This document shows positions 63,989 to 64,000 of a stretch of DNA of 64,000 nucleotides, piece by piece. The position numbers and the translations under genes are program-made. Source of the stretch: Planctomycetota bacterium (GTDB lineage Bacteria > Planctomycetota > SZUA-567); the NCBI GenBank assembly GCA_965140405.1, contig OZ223208.1, positions 2,784,081-2,848,080 of the forward strand, read 5' to 3'. The first letter of the stretch is position 1; each line of letters opens with the position of its first letter. The notes under the pieces were generated by a model that was given only the letters and a program-made list of their open reading frames with translations, was not told the DNA's origin and searched no databases.

Positions 63989-64000
63989 ATTTGATAAATT

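Overview
AT-rich bacterial chromosomal window (G+C roughly 40% by eye, not computed); I make no taxonomic call.

**Core genome, 1-44.1 kb**
- A truncated Cache-type sensor gene and trmD.
- A flagellar type III export and regulation cluster: fliO-like, fliP, fliQ, fliR, flhB, flhA and flhF, then a small membrane ORF where flhG normally sits, then fliA and an unknown highly charged ORF.
- A LysM/YkuD L,D-transpeptidase, two lipoproteins, an exported double-thioredoxin protein and an HdeD-like protein.
- birA, divergent from an oadG-oadA-oadB Na+-pumping oxaloacetate decarboxylase operon that is followed by an ATP-type PEP carboxykinase.
- Two orphan PAS histidine kinases, one lacking the phospho-acceptor His, flanking DUF2314, methyltransferase and GyrI-like genes.
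- An RTX-adhesin-like Ca-binding protein, plsC, mreB (no mreCD), gltX and a PHP phosphoesterase.
- A ribose-type sugar ABC transporter behind a 1.1-kb leader, and htrA.

**Accessory region, from tRNA-Gln(CUG) at 44125-44198**
- An integrative mobilizable element: a P4-type integrase, a 1.5-kb ORF-free and extremely AT-rich block, alpA, a split primase/DUF3987 gene, a hairpin-dense oriT-like spacer, mobC, and a relaxase whose 3' half is double-coding.
- Downstream cargo and decay: a P-loop ATPase pseudogene; a methyltransferase, heterodimeric ABC exporter and TetR module; znuACB; and a UmuD/S24-like ORF broken by a 20-bp tandem duplication.
- Also an N-terminally truncated unknown gene, an IS256-family element without target-site duplication, and a further ATPase-like fragment.

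I saw no rRNA, CRISPR array or cas genes.

**Most noteworthy**
- About 1 kb of dual-frame coding inside the relaxase gene.
- The ORF-free T6A7-studded block between int and alpA.
- The His-less sensor kinase.
- The flhG-less flhF-fliA interval.
- The IS-associated rearrangement and pseudogene patchwork at 52-64 kb.

All family assignments come from motif recognition by eye. No database search was run.
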